Of a DNA stretch of 64,000 nt, positions 50,778 through 60,695 are shown piece after piece. Position 1 is the first letter of the stretch, and every line of letters begins with the position of its first letter. This stretch comes from a virus (Duplodnaviria > Caudoviricetes). Below the pieces are notes generated by a model that saw only the letters and a program-made list of their open reading frames with translations, had not been told where the DNA came from and made no database searches. The stretch is from IMG/VR virus record IMGVR_UViG_3300032007_000015, one strand, 5' to 3'. Position numbers and translations under genes: made by a program.

Positions 50778-50811
50778 AAAAGGATACTGGAAATATTTCC
50801 AGTATCCTTTT
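50778..50811. terminator. Perfect 34-bp palindrome, bidirectional terminator
   Basis: AAAAGGATACTGGAAAT|ATTTCCAGTATCCTTTT. Confidence 0.8.
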
Positions 50812-50814
50812 TTA

Positions 50815-53559
50815 TTAACCATTATTTTGTGAATTATTGTTTTGATTGTTATTATCGTTATTCTGGTTGTTATTATTTTGAGAATTGTTGTTATTCTTTT
50901 TATTTGGATTTTCATTTGCATACTTTTCCAAAATTGCAAAATATTCATATGCCTTATCACGATAAGCATTAGTAATAGCACCAATATCTGTTTGAACAAT
51001 TCTTGATAACTCAGTCATAATTCCAGAATTATTTTTATCATTAAGTTTATCATTCAATGACGTAATTTTATTTTTAATATTATTTTTTGAGTTTTTAACA
51101 GTTGTTGTGTAATTATTGAAGAAATCTTTACAATAAGCTATCATACCATTTTCACCTTTAATGGTATTTTCTAATTCTCCATTTGAAATAGTTACTACAT
51201 CTTGACTACCATACATAAACTTATAATACTCAGTCATTGCCTTACCCATATTTTTTTCTCCGTTATTAATATTATTTATTAACTTACTAGAATCAGTTTT
51301 TCTAGTTTTATCTAAATAAACAGATAAGACATTATCCTTATTAATATTATTAACATCAATTGAATTTAACCCATCAGCTATATTAGATAATGCTGTCTGG
51401 AACGTGATATTTGTCTGATATCTATGGAAATTATCAATTGAATTATTAATATATTTTCTAGATGTTAAATAAGATATATTCTCTTCATTATTAATAAAAT
51501 TACGTTGTTTTACTGTATTCTTAGTTAATTTATCAACTATTGTATCTAAAAACTTAAGAATCCTGTCAATAATATTATTCTTTTTATCTTCATTAGTTTT
51601 ATTATCATTTTGATTATTATTTTGTGAATTATTGTTCTGGTTTTGGTTATTGTTTTGATTGTTATTATTATTCTGGTTGTTATTATTTTGTGAATTATTG
51701 TTAGTATTCTGATTATTATTATTCTGATTTGATGTATTATTGTTATTTTGTGTATTATTCTGATTATTATTTCCATTATTATTAGTATTATTATTCTGAT
51801 TTTCATCAGCCTCACTAAATAATGAAAACTCACTTGTATCTATAATTTTATTCATAGATTCATTCATTGTATCACAATAAATTTTATTAACATCAATAAT
51901 ACCTTCCTCTTTTATAATATCATACATACTTTCAAATACATAGTCTAAGTAATCAACAGATTCATGAAGCAAATCATCTATACTAGTTGTATAATTACCA
52001 TTATCAATTCTTTCAATAATACTACTTAAATTTAAAACACGATTTATCAAAGCTTTACCTATTAATAACACAGAATTTCTATAATCACTTTCAAACTTTC
52101 TAAGCCATTCAAGTGTTTCAATATTTCTTGTTTCATTTTCATAATGGTTATTAGTATTATCAGAAATAGCTTTCTGAATACCTACTAATTTATTATATAT
52201 AAGCTCAAAACTACGAGCAAACTTACGAATATATTTATCACCATCTCGTAATTCACTCATTATACTCATAAATATATCTGCTGAAGTAAAAGATTCGTTC
52301 TCGTCATAATATCTAACTGAATCAATTGTTTTAAGTACAGGTAAAATCATTTTAGATATACCTGGATACAAAGCTGAACCAGCAATAATCTTATCAAGTG
52401 GTTCATCAGGATCTTCAAGATTTTTTATAATATAATATAAACCTGAATCAATTTCTACTAGAATATATCCGATATTTTTATATGGAATTTTATCATATTC
52501 ATATGCAGACACTTCATCATCAATGATACTATGAAAATAATCACCTAAATCATTACCCTGAGCAACATTTAAATTTGATTTATAATAATCATATGTTTTA
52601 GAATATAACACTGAAAAGATATCAGAATTACCCCTAAGTAATGAACATACAATTTCTTCATCTCTTAAATCTGGTTTACCATCAATAACAGATTCATGAA
52701 GCATATGTTCTAAATCTGGAAAATATCTTGATAACTTAGCGTTCAATTCAAAGTATTCTTTTGTATTATTTATTAAAGCAGAAATTTTTCTCATATACAT
52801 ACTAATCATATATATAGAAAAATCATATGTTAGTTTTGCTCCAACACTTAATACTTCAGAAGTTTTTTTAGGATTTAAATTAAGATTTCTTTCTGTTAAA
52901 GAAGTTACGGTTTTAGAAAATAGTTCAATACTTGTAAAAGCATCTATAATATCATTTTGAATATCTTGTGATAATTTACTCATATTATTAAAAGTATAAT
53001 CATAAGAACGTAAAAATGGTAATATTACAGTAGAAATATATTGACTATTTACTTGTTGAACCATTTTATTATCGTATAAAACTATATCTTTTTCTGATAC
53101 AAATTCTGGCAATGTTGTTTCAACTAATTGACATTTTACAGCATTTTCAAATTTTGCCGATTTTAATCTAATTAAATTCTTATCATTTAATTTATCATTA
53201 ACAGCATCATTTAACATTTTTTGTAATGTTTTGATGAATTCCAGAAGATATTTTGGTCTAATTTTAGATACTTCTGAAATATCATATACAAGTACTGATA
53301 CTGGTACTTCATTAATCTTTGGTGATGTATAAATTTTTGTAAAAGAATCATTAAGTTTTTCATTATATTCAGAAACATCTTTATATGAATTTAATATTTT
53401 ATCCATAAATTCTAATGGTAAATCTAATCTATTAACTAATGTTGAAGAGTATTGTTTTTTCAATATTTCATTAGAAATACGCATACTTTCAAGTACATTA
53501 AATTCATTAAATTTTGATAAAGAATCTAATACAAAACTTTGTAATATATTATTATTCAT
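50815..53559 (-). CDS. Large multi-module putative head protein with Asn/Gln tracts (914 aa)
   Basis: LHESV twice, LFSEA, N/Q tracts, IIDRILKFLDTIVDKL family helix. Confidence 0.6.
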   Translation of the reverse strand: MNNNILQSFVLDSLSKFNEFNVLESMRISNEILKKQYSSTLVNRLDLPLEFMDKILNSYKDVSEYNEKLNDSFTKIYTSPKINEVPVSVLVYDISEVSKIRPKYLLEFIKTLQKMLNDAVNDKLNDKNLIRLKSAKFENAVKCQLVETTLPEFVSEKDIVLYDNKMVQQVNSQYISTVILPFLRSYDYTFNNMSKLSQDIQNDIIDAFTSIELFSKTVTSLTERNLNLNPKKTSEVLSVGAKLTYDFSIYMISMYMRKISALINNTKEYFELNAKLSRYFPDLEHMLHESVIDGKPDLRDEEIVCSLLRGNSDIFSVLYSKTYDYYKSNLNVAQGNDLGDYFHSIIDDEVSAYEYDKIPYKNIGYILVEIDSGLYYIIKNLEDPDEPLDKIIAGSALYPGISKMILPVLKTIDSVRYYDENESFTSADIFMSIMSELRDGDKYIRKFARSFELIYNKLVGIQKAISDNTNNHYENETRNIETLEWLRKFESDYRNSVLLIGKALINRVLNLSSIIERIDNGNYTTSIDDLLHESVDYLDYVFESMYDIIKEEGIIDVNKIYCDTMNESMNKIIDTSEFSLFSEADENQNNNTNNNGNNNQNNTQNNNNTSNQNNNNQNTNNNSQNNNNQNNNNNQNNNQNQNNNSQNNNQNDNKTNEDKKNNIIDRILKFLDTIVDKLTKNTVKQRNFINNEENISYLTSRKYINNSIDNFHRYQTNITFQTALSNIADGLNSIDVNNINKDNVLSVYLDKTRKTDSSKLINNINNGEKNMGKAMTEYYKFMYGSQDVVTISNGELENTIKGENGMIAYCKDFFNNYTTTVKNSKNNIKNKITSLNDKLNDKNNSGIMTELSRIVQTDIGAITNAYRDKAYEYFAILEKYANENPNKKNNNNSQNNNNQNNDNNNQNNNSQNNG
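51590..51805 (-). repeat. Asn/Gln low-complexity coding repeat
   Basis: (AAT/AAC/CAG)n encoding NNNQ-type units; a second tract lies at 50818-50895. Confidence 0.9.
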
Positions 53560-53581
53560 TATATCACTTCCTTTTTATAGA

Positions 53582-54637
53582 TTATTTTTTCGCAGTAGGA
53601 TAATCATTTGAAAATTGATGAATACCTACACGCTTAGCATATTCAGTTGCTCTAGCCTTATCAAGATTTTGTTTATCAATTTTAGTATAAGTATTTTTTG
53701 CAGCATTTGCAATATTTGTATATTTTGTTTGAGCATTATTCATTATCTTTTTAGAATTCTTTTCTGATGCTTTTGGAAGAACTGTTGAATACATCTTATC
53801 AACCATAGATGTTGCTTTCACTTTAAGAGATGCCATTTTAGAAACATAACCTTTAGTGATTTTTTCATTGTCAGCAGCCATTTCGGCTAACATATAACCC
53901 TTCCAATGTGGAACCTCTAAGCCATCTTTTTTTTCATTCATCTTTTTGAGAGCATCTATCTTACGTTCTGTTGCTTCATGAGTAACTCTAGCTTGATCAG
54001 CCATCTGATTAATATCGACTTTATTTATGTCATTTCTAATCTTTTTACCAAGAGTCAATAAACCAGCAATTGTTATAATTGCAGTAGCAACTTGACCTGC
54101 TTTAATAATTGTATCTGCATTGTCACTAAATTTTTTCTTTAAACCTTCCCATTTTTTTCTAAACTTACTTTCATCTTCAGCTTTATCTATTTCATCTAAC
54201 ATTCTTAAATAGTTTTCATTGAAATCTTTAAAGTCTTTTAATGAACTTAAATCAATAACATTTTCATCCAATGCTACTTTAACACGTTCTGAAAGATTAG
54301 GGCATTTTTTAAGTATCATCTCTTTTTTATCAAGGTCAGATTTTCTATTCCAAGAAAATTGTCTGATAGCATCTACCTTTTCTTCAATAAATTCACGACA
54401 ACGTTTAATAATTTTTATTATGGTATTACCAATTCTAGTAAAGAAATCTTCCTTCATATTTTCATACATAACAAGGTCTTCATCTATACTTTCATTAAAG
54501 AAAATTTCATTTTCAATTTTTTCTTTTAAAAAAAGAATTGGTTCATAAATAGAATCTATTTCATTTTTAGCTTCCATATAATCACTATTAATCTTATCTA
54601 TTTCATCAAACTGATGAATATAACTTACGTTAATCAT
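53582..54637 (-). CDS. Putative internal head protein, paralogue family (351 aa)
   Basis: FFNES leader, FFTRIGNTIIKIIKRCREFI helix, VATAIITIAGLLTLG; late motif 54675-54686. Confidence 0.6.
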   Translation of the reverse strand: MINVSYIHQFDEIDKINSDYMEAKNEIDSIYEPILFLKEKIENEIFFNESIDEDLVMYENMKEDFFTRIGNTIIKIIKRCREFIEEKVDAIRQFSWNRKSDLDKKEMILKKCPNLSERVKVALDENVIDLSSLKDFKDFNENYLRMLDEIDKAEDESKFRKKWEGLKKKFSDNADTIIKAGQVATAIITIAGLLTLGKKIRNDINKVDINQMADQARVTHEATERKIDALKKMNEKKDGLEVPHWKGYMLAEMAADNEKITKGYVSKMASLKVKATSMVDKMYSTVLPKASEKNSKKIMNNAQTKYTNIANAAKNTYTKIDKQNLDKARATEYAKRVGIHQFSNDYPTAKK

Positions 54638-54717
54638 AATTATATTTCTCCTTTCATTAAATTAATATTTATCTTATTTTAATGTTTTTTAATAAAAATG
54701 GATATAATATAGGAATA

Positions 54718-54750
54718 AAGAAAAGAGGTGCATAAAACACCTCTTTTCTT
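54718..54750. terminator. Inverted repeat / terminator
   Basis: 13-bp arms. Confidence 0.7.
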
Positions 54751-54751
54751 A

Positions 54752-56551
54752 TTAAAATAATGATTCTAAAAATTGATCATCAAAATCAGTTTCTTCTAAC
54801 ATAAAATCATCATCATATACGGATTCTGTTTTAATTGTTTGAATTTCGTTCAAAAGTTTTTCTCTAGATTCATCATATTTTTCTTTTTCTGCAGGAGTCA
54901 TTAATTCAACATATCTCTTTTCATAAATACCAGCATCTAATTTAGCCACTGCGTCAATAGTTTTATTGAATAAATTTTCTAATTTATTAAGTTCAGCTCG
55001 TACTCTATTTAGATATGGGTTGAAATTTGCTATAGTTATGTTTTCACTTTGATCTACTGAATTTTTAAACATTCGTATTTCATTAACAAGTTTAACAAAT
55101 ACAAATGCTAATCTTTGTATATTTTGAATATATTTCATTTTACTTACATTAACTAATGATTCTAATGCAAGTACTGCACAAAGATCTAAGTCATCCGAAA
55201 AATCATGTATTGCAGAAAATAAAATTCCGATAGCAACTTCTGTAATTGTTGAATCTGGATTATTAACTGTTTCATTAAGACATACTTTCAATTCAGTTAT
55301 TGATTCCTTTGCGTCAGCTAAATATTTAACTGATTCTTTGTATTTTTTTTGTCTTATACATTTTTTTGCAAGATAAAATTTACGTCTACATTCATGTTTA
55401 ACATCTTTAAATTTAGTTGCAACATTATAGTTTGCACCTTCATTATAATATTCATCACCAAGGAAATTCATAGCTTCCTCTTCGAATTCTTTAAATATAT
55501 CTTCATTATTATACATAGAATACATATCATCACCACTTTCTTTAGATGTAAAATTACCTAAGTTTGAAAATCCTGATTTTAATATATCACCACTTTTTTT
55601 TATTGAATTACCCATTGCATCAATACTATCTATGGTGCTATTAACTTTTTTTTCATAACGTTTATTTTTCATTCTTGTAATAGGATTTGCTTCACTCATT
55701 TTACGTTTTATAGATGATCCAGCACCTATTTTAGCAACATCAATACCAGCACCTATTATCTCTTTAGTTTCATCTGGAGCAACTTTTGCTGCAGATCTAA
55801 CAAGTCCGATAGCATCAGTTAAACTTCCTTGAACTGATTCAATTAAACATTTCGATTCATCTCTACGTAATGTAGCAATAAATCTTCTCATACCAATAAG
55901 ACTTGATCTTGATTTAGCAACACGTTTAATCTTTTTAGCACCTTTTTCACCAAATTGATCTTCAAGATAATCAAGAACACGATTATCTGATTTAATAGCT
56001 GTTGTCATTAATTTAGCGGCATTAATGTCATCATTTATTATATGAAGTAATGCATTTAATGTGACAGTTTTTGTCACAACTTTAACACCTTTTTTTACAT
56101 CACCCTGAATCTCTTTCATCAAATCAGGTCTATTAGCAGCTTCATCCTTTTTATATGCTTCATATGCATCTTCAGCTCTTTTAATTGCAGCATCATATGT
56201 TTTTGTAATATCTTGGTATACTTTTACAGTAACCTTTTTATTTCCAAGTTCTGGATCATTTTTAATCGCATTTTTAAATTTATTATATGCTGATTTTTCA
56301 TTTGTTGATAATTTTAGATAATCAAAGAAATTAGTTATTGCATCTCTGATTTTATCTAATATACCTCTAATTACATTAATAGCTTTTTTAAATAAAGATT
56401 CAGATTTTTCAACGGCTTTTTTATTATTAACTTCAATTTCAGCGATTTCTTCTGATTTTGTAGCTTCAAAAAGTGATTGATATTCACTAAGTTCTGTATA
56501 ATTATCTAAAGCTTTATTTGCTTCTATTAAATATTCATAGAAAATATCCAT
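54752..56551 (-). CDS. Two-module putative head protein, paralogue family (599 aa)
   Basis: LFEA leader, LFKKAINVIRGILDKIRDAI helix, acidic linker EFEEEAMNFLGDEYYNEG. Confidence 0.6.
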   Translation of the reverse strand: MDIFYEYLIEANKALDNYTELSEYQSLFEATKSEEIAEIEVNNKKAVEKSESLFKKAINVIRGILDKIRDAITNFFDYLKLSTNEKSAYNKFKNAIKNDPELGNKKVTVKVYQDITKTYDAAIKRAEDAYEAYKKDEAANRPDLMKEIQGDVKKGVKVVTKTVTLNALLHIINDDINAAKLMTTAIKSDNRVLDYLEDQFGEKGAKKIKRVAKSRSSLIGMRRFIATLRRDESKCLIESVQGSLTDAIGLVRSAAKVAPDETKEIIGAGIDVAKIGAGSSIKRKMSEANPITRMKNKRYEKKVNSTIDSIDAMGNSIKKSGDILKSGFSNLGNFTSKESGDDMYSMYNNEDIFKEFEEEAMNFLGDEYYNEGANYNVATKFKDVKHECRRKFYLAKKCIRQKKYKESVKYLADAKESITELKVCLNETVNNPDSTITEVAIGILFSAIHDFSDDLDLCAVLALESLVNVSKMKYIQNIQRLAFVFVKLVNEIRMFKNSVDQSENITIANFNPYLNRVRAELNKLENLFNKTIDAVAKLDAGIYEKRYVELMTPAEKEKYDESREKLLNEIQTIKTESVYDDDFMLEETDFDDQFLESLF

Positions 56552-56585
56552 TTATAATTCCTCACTTTCATAGAATATACTTTAA

Positions 56586-56627
56586 AAAATACAAGTGTGT
56601 GCTTTTTAATTCACACACTTGTATTTT
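56586..56627. terminator. Inverted repeat / terminator
   Basis: 16-bp arms. Confidence 0.7.
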
Positions 56628-56631
56628 AATA

Positions 56632-58518
56632 TTAGTCTAAAATATTATCTAAATCTGCTAATAATGAATCGGCATCGAGTTCATCATCATAGCTTTCTTC
56701 ATAGTAATCTTCTCCAAGAAAATCCATAGCTTCCTCTTCGAATTCATTATATGTTTCTTCACTATCAATTCTATCAATAATATCATCGGCACTTTCATAT
56801 GTGTCAATAATATCGTTAATATCATCATTATAGCTTTCTTTTAACATATTAGTTTCCTTTATGAATTTTTTATTAGCATTATAAACTTTTTCCATATCGT
56901 CAGTAAATCTATTGAGTGCTTCATGACCGATACCTTCACTCAATGCCATTGCAGCCATATAGTAATCACGATGCTTATTGTAACTATTATTATTAATGAA
57001 TAATTCATATTTTCCTTTATTGAGATATAATTTATTTTTCTGAATATACATTACAACTTTATCATGATCATCCTTAAATACAATAAATTTAGTATTGTAT
57101 TTCTTATCATTTGCATATGCATTTTGTTCAGCAATTCGTCCTAATGAATCATTAGGAAGTTCTTTATAATTTGCTAATGCATATTTTATTTCTGAAGCTT
57201 CATCATAATTATATGTCTCTTTAGTTAAATTTCCAAAAGGAATACAATCTGGATGCATTTTTTCATATAATTTAAGAAGTTTTCTTATATTTGATTTAAT
57301 TACTGCAGGAATTATAGCACCTACAACTACCTTAGTTCCAACATATGCTCCTATAGCAGAAATAGTAAAAATTTCTCCTTTTGACATTTTATGTTTTTTT
57401 AATTTATCAAAAAATTTATTATCTTTAATTTCTTTATAATTACCATCAATAATAAGTTCTTTCTTACTTGAAGGAATGATTTCATTTTTCTTTCCAAGAC
57501 TTGAAGGAATGATTTCATTTTTCTTTCCAAGACTTGAAGGAATGATTTGAGATCTACTATATGATGCTAATGATGTATCTGATTCTAGCATTGCTAATGC
57601 TTCATCAAAATCAAAATCACCATATTCAGACTCCATTGTATAATCGTCATAATCCTCATCTTCAACTGATTCACCAGTAAGAGTATTCTTTGCAGTTACA
57701 GTTTTATCTATCTTTAATGCTTTTTTAGCAACAGCAATATTATCTCCTAAAGAATCAACATATATATTTGCTTCTGTTTTTGCTAATTTTGTTCTAAAAT
57801 TAGCAGCAGCTGTCATTGCAGCTTTGCATGTTGCAGCGGCTTCATCATCAATCGCACTATCCATAAGTTTTTTCAGTGCACCTGAATTTTCTCTTTCGAT
57901 ATCTGTTATTGCTGATGGAAGAGATTCAATCTGTTTATTAATAATTGAAACTAACATACCTAATGTTACAGTTGTTGCAGCAGCTGATGCCATACAAACT
58001 TTTCTAAACTTATTATCAAATGTATCTCTTAAAGCACCGATTTGAATATCGTCAGCAGATTTGAGTTTAGAAAGAGCTTTAGCTGTTTCTTTATCGCATT
58101 TTGCTTCGAATTCTCTAATAACTTTAATCTGATCTTCGACTTTGTCAATCTTAACTTTTCTCTTTGACAAGAAAGGAGTTAATTTAACTTTCTTTTCAAT
58201 CTGTCTTAAAGTATTTCTAGATTTCTGTGTAACAATAACTCTTACAACTCTATCTTTAAGATCTGTCATGAATTTAACGAAAGCATCTATAATTGCTTTA
58301 ATTGCAGATTTTATCTTAGCGACAAATCCTTCTTCTGCAGCTTCTTTAAGTAAAGTTAAATCATCATCTGTACCAGATTCTTCAATTACTTTAAGTTCTG
58401 ACTGCTTTAAATTGATTAATAATTCTCTTTTAGCATTTTCAAGATATGCATCTATCTTTTTTGCTTTAATATCATACTCATTAGAAATTTTTAAATATTC
58501 TTCAAATGCATGTATCAT
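56632..58518 (-). CDS. Two-module putative head protein, paralogue family (628 aa)
   Basis: LKEA leader, FVAKIKSAIKAIIDAFVKF helix, acidic linker with TGES/TMES/MLES, second module shared with 47651, acidic tail. Confidence 0.6.
   Translation of the reverse strand: MIHAFEEYLKISNEYDIKAKKIDAYLENAKRELLINLKQSELKVIEESGTDDDLTLLKEAAEEGFVAKIKSAIKAIIDAFVKFMTDLKDRVVRVIVTQKSRNTLRQIEKKVKLTPFLSKRKVKIDKVEDQIKVIREFEAKCDKETAKALSKLKSADDIQIGALRDTFDNKFRKVCMASAAATTVTLGMLVSIINKQIESLPSAITDIERENSGALKKLMDSAIDDEAAATCKAAMTAAANFRTKLAKTEANIYVDSLGDNIAVAKKALKIDKTVTAKNTLTGESVEDEDYDDYTMESEYGDFDFDEALAMLESDTSLASYSRSQIIPSSLGKKNEIIPSSLGKKNEIIPSSKKELIIDGNYKEIKDNKFFDKLKKHKMSKGEIFTISAIGAYVGTKVVVGAIIPAVIKSNIRKLLKLYEKMHPDCIPFGNLTKETYNYDEASEIKYALANYKELPNDSLGRIAEQNAYANDKKYNTKFIVFKDDHDKVVMYIQKNKLYLNKGKYELFINNNSYNKHRDYYMAAMALSEGIGHEALNRFTDDMEKVYNANKKFIKETNMLKESYNDDINDIIDTYESADDIIDRIDSEETYNEFEEEAMDFLGEDYYEESYDDELDADSLLADLDNILD
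57466..57548 (-). repeat. 33-nt in-frame tandem repeat (about 2.5 copies, IIPSSLGKKNE)
   Basis: ACTTGAAGGAATGATTT starts at 57466, 57499, 57532. Confidence 0.9.
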
Positions 58519-58541
58519 TTCAAATCATCTCCTTTTTTATT

Positions 58542-59807
58542 TTATAAAATAGACTCAAATAAATCAAGAATTTCATTTCTGTCATCTTCAATAGCACCTT
58601 CACTAATGATTTCATCAGGAATGTCGAATCCGAGAATATCTAATACTGATTCATTTGTATTCTCATCATCATTATCTTCTTCATTATCCTTATTATTTTT
58701 CTTTTTGTTTTTCTGTGCTTCTTTTTTATCCATCTTATCTTGTTCTTTTAATGCCTTATTTTCAGCTTCGCCTCTTAACGCATTAGCTTTGTTTATTGTC
58801 GATGCATTCTTTTTACCATTTTTTACATTTTGGTTTTTAAGTTGCATCGTTTTTTCTCTAAGGTCTTTATCTAATTTATCAATTTCTTTTTGAAGGTTTC
58901 TCTTTTCTTTGGTATCAGTAGAATTCTTTAACTGAGATTTCTTTTCATTTAATGTATATTTAATTTTATTAATTTCATATTTTAAGTTTTTAGAATTCTT
59001 TTGTGTATTTTCAATATTTTTTTCTGCTTTTTTATCTAACTTTTCAGCTTCTTCTAATAACTTTTCTGAAGAAAGAACTGATCTAATAGCTTTACAAATA
59101 AGACTAGTAAATTTAGAAAATATCTTGAATAAATTACTAGCAACATTTTTAGTGAATGCTTTTAATTTACCATCATTTTCAGTTTTAGAAAACTCTTTAG
59201 CTTTTCCTGATAAAAAATTTGTAGCCGTATTGGCTAAATTATAAATATTACCAAGTTCTTTAACAGTAATAGCTACGGTTGCGGCACCAGCCACAGCAAC
59301 AAGACCAACTTTTTTTAACTTTTCGTTATCACTTGTTACTTCAGATGCAATTTTTGTTCCTTCTTCAATATCTTTATTTTCAACAGCTTTCTTAGTTCTA
59401 TCAAACAAGCCAGTGAATTTTTTAATAATACCACAGCCTTCACTATTAACGTTTACTGATTCGTCACCATGTTCATTTACTGCATTATCAATATCTACTT
59501 TCTTTTTACCAAATAAAACTTGTTTGATACTTGTAAACAAACTTACTATAGCATCCCAAATTCTACGAATTAATCCTTTTTCGTCATTATTTGTTTTTTC
59601 AGCTTCTGCTTCAAAATATGCTTGTAAATCATCATATGTTGCAGATTCACATGTACATCTTAATTCAATATCTCTAATTTTAAGATCTCTCATATTTGAA
59701 AATGTATTATAAGCTAAGCAAGCTTTATCAAGATTAATATATGCATTTTCTAATGCAATATAATCAGCTTTTTCAGCTTCACTTAAATATCCATTAACTA
59801 TATTCAT
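58542..59807 (-). CDS. Putative internal head protein, paralogue family (421 aa)
   Basis: YFEA leader, LIRRIWDAIVSLFTSIKQVLFG helix, VGLVAVAGAATVAITV, acidic tail. Confidence 0.6.
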   Translation of the reverse strand: MNIVNGYLSEAEKADYIALENAYINLDKACLAYNTFSNMRDLKIRDIELRCTCESATYDDLQAYFEAEAEKTNNDEKGLIRRIWDAIVSLFTSIKQVLFGKKKVDIDNAVNEHGDESVNVNSEGCGIIKKFTGLFDRTKKAVENKDIEEGTKIASEVTSDNEKLKKVGLVAVAGAATVAITVKELGNIYNLANTATNFLSGKAKEFSKTENDGKLKAFTKNVASNLFKIFSKFTSLICKAIRSVLSSEKLLEEAEKLDKKAEKNIENTQKNSKNLKYEINKIKYTLNEKKSQLKNSTDTKEKRNLQKEIDKLDKDLREKTMQLKNQNVKNGKKNASTINKANALRGEAENKALKEQDKMDKKEAQKNKKKNNKDNEEDNDDENTNESVLDILGFDIPDEIISEGAIEDDRNEILDLFESIL

Positions 59808-59826
59808 TATTTTTCACACCTTTCTT

Positions 59827-60579
59827 TTATTTTGAATATTTATTAAATAATTTAATTGAACTATTCAATGAATTCATTACTTCACCAGAAAGTCTTGAAA
59901 GTCCAAATATGCTGTTTGCAAATTTACCAATAAGACTTACATGTGCACCTTCCAAGTTTTTTCCTTTAATTTGATTTAATATATCTTGAGTTTCATCACT
60001 AAGATTAAGAAAATCATTCATTCTTTTTTTAAGAAGTCTTGCTAAAGTTAAAATTGCACCGACTTTAAGTATAGTTTTACCTTTTTTATGCACAAAATTT
60101 GTAACTGAATCACAAAACCTTGCGACAGATTCAGCATCTTTATTTGTAAGTTTAGCAATTTTTTTAACTAATGGTCTAGCTTCAAGATATTTCTTATCTA
60201 TAAAATCTGTTATATATTTTATATCAGTAGAAAATTGTGCTTGAGCCGTACTTGATTGCATATAGTCAGCTGTTGTAAGCTTATCACCAAAACTTGTAGA
60301 GAAACTTTCTAATAAAGTTTTTATATAATCTTTTATATTCTTTAAAATTTTAAGAACTCTATCAATAGCGTTTGATATAAATGATTTCTTTTTAAGTTCA
60401 ACTTCAGTATTTTCATTTCCATCTTCAAAAAATGAATTGCATGATTCTTGATATTCTATAATATTTAGAAAATTAAGATCATTTTTCATTTCATTAAGGG
60501 ATCTATCAATACTTAATTGAGTCTTTTCTGTTAATAAATACATATCAACATTTTCTATATCATTTATAAATGATACCAT
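59827..60579 (-). CDS. Putative internal head protein, paralogue family
   Basis: Start MVSFIND after AAAGGAGG; FISNAIDRVLKILKNIKDYI helix; late motif 60616-60627. Confidence 0.6.
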   Translation of the reverse strand: MVSFINDIENVDMYLLTEKTQLSIDRSLNEMKNDLNFLNIIEYQESCNSFFEDGNENTEVELKKKSFISNAIDRVLKILKNIKDYIKTLLESFSTSFGDKLTTADYMQSSTAQAQFSTDIKYITDFIDKKYLEARPLVKKIAKLTNKDAESVARFCDSVTNFVHKKGKTILKVGAILTLARLLKKRMNDFLNLSDETQDILNQIKGKNLEGAHVSLIGKFANSIFGLSRLSGEVMNSLNSSIKLFNKYSK

Positions 60580-60653
60580 CTTAATGATACCTCCTTTCAT
60601 TCTATAATTTTAAATTAATATTATGTTTTTACCATTTACTTATAATGTAAAAA

Positions 60654-60690
60654 TGATGAATGTATAGAGATTATCTCTATACATTCATCA
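60654..60690. terminator. Inverted repeat / terminator
   Basis: 18-bp arms. Confidence 0.75.
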
Positions 60691-60695
60691 ATATA

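Noticed and set aside
50718-51833. Ile-rich ORFs 50718-50999 and 51546-51833
   Set aside because: Alternative-frame readings of the (AAT)n Asn tracts
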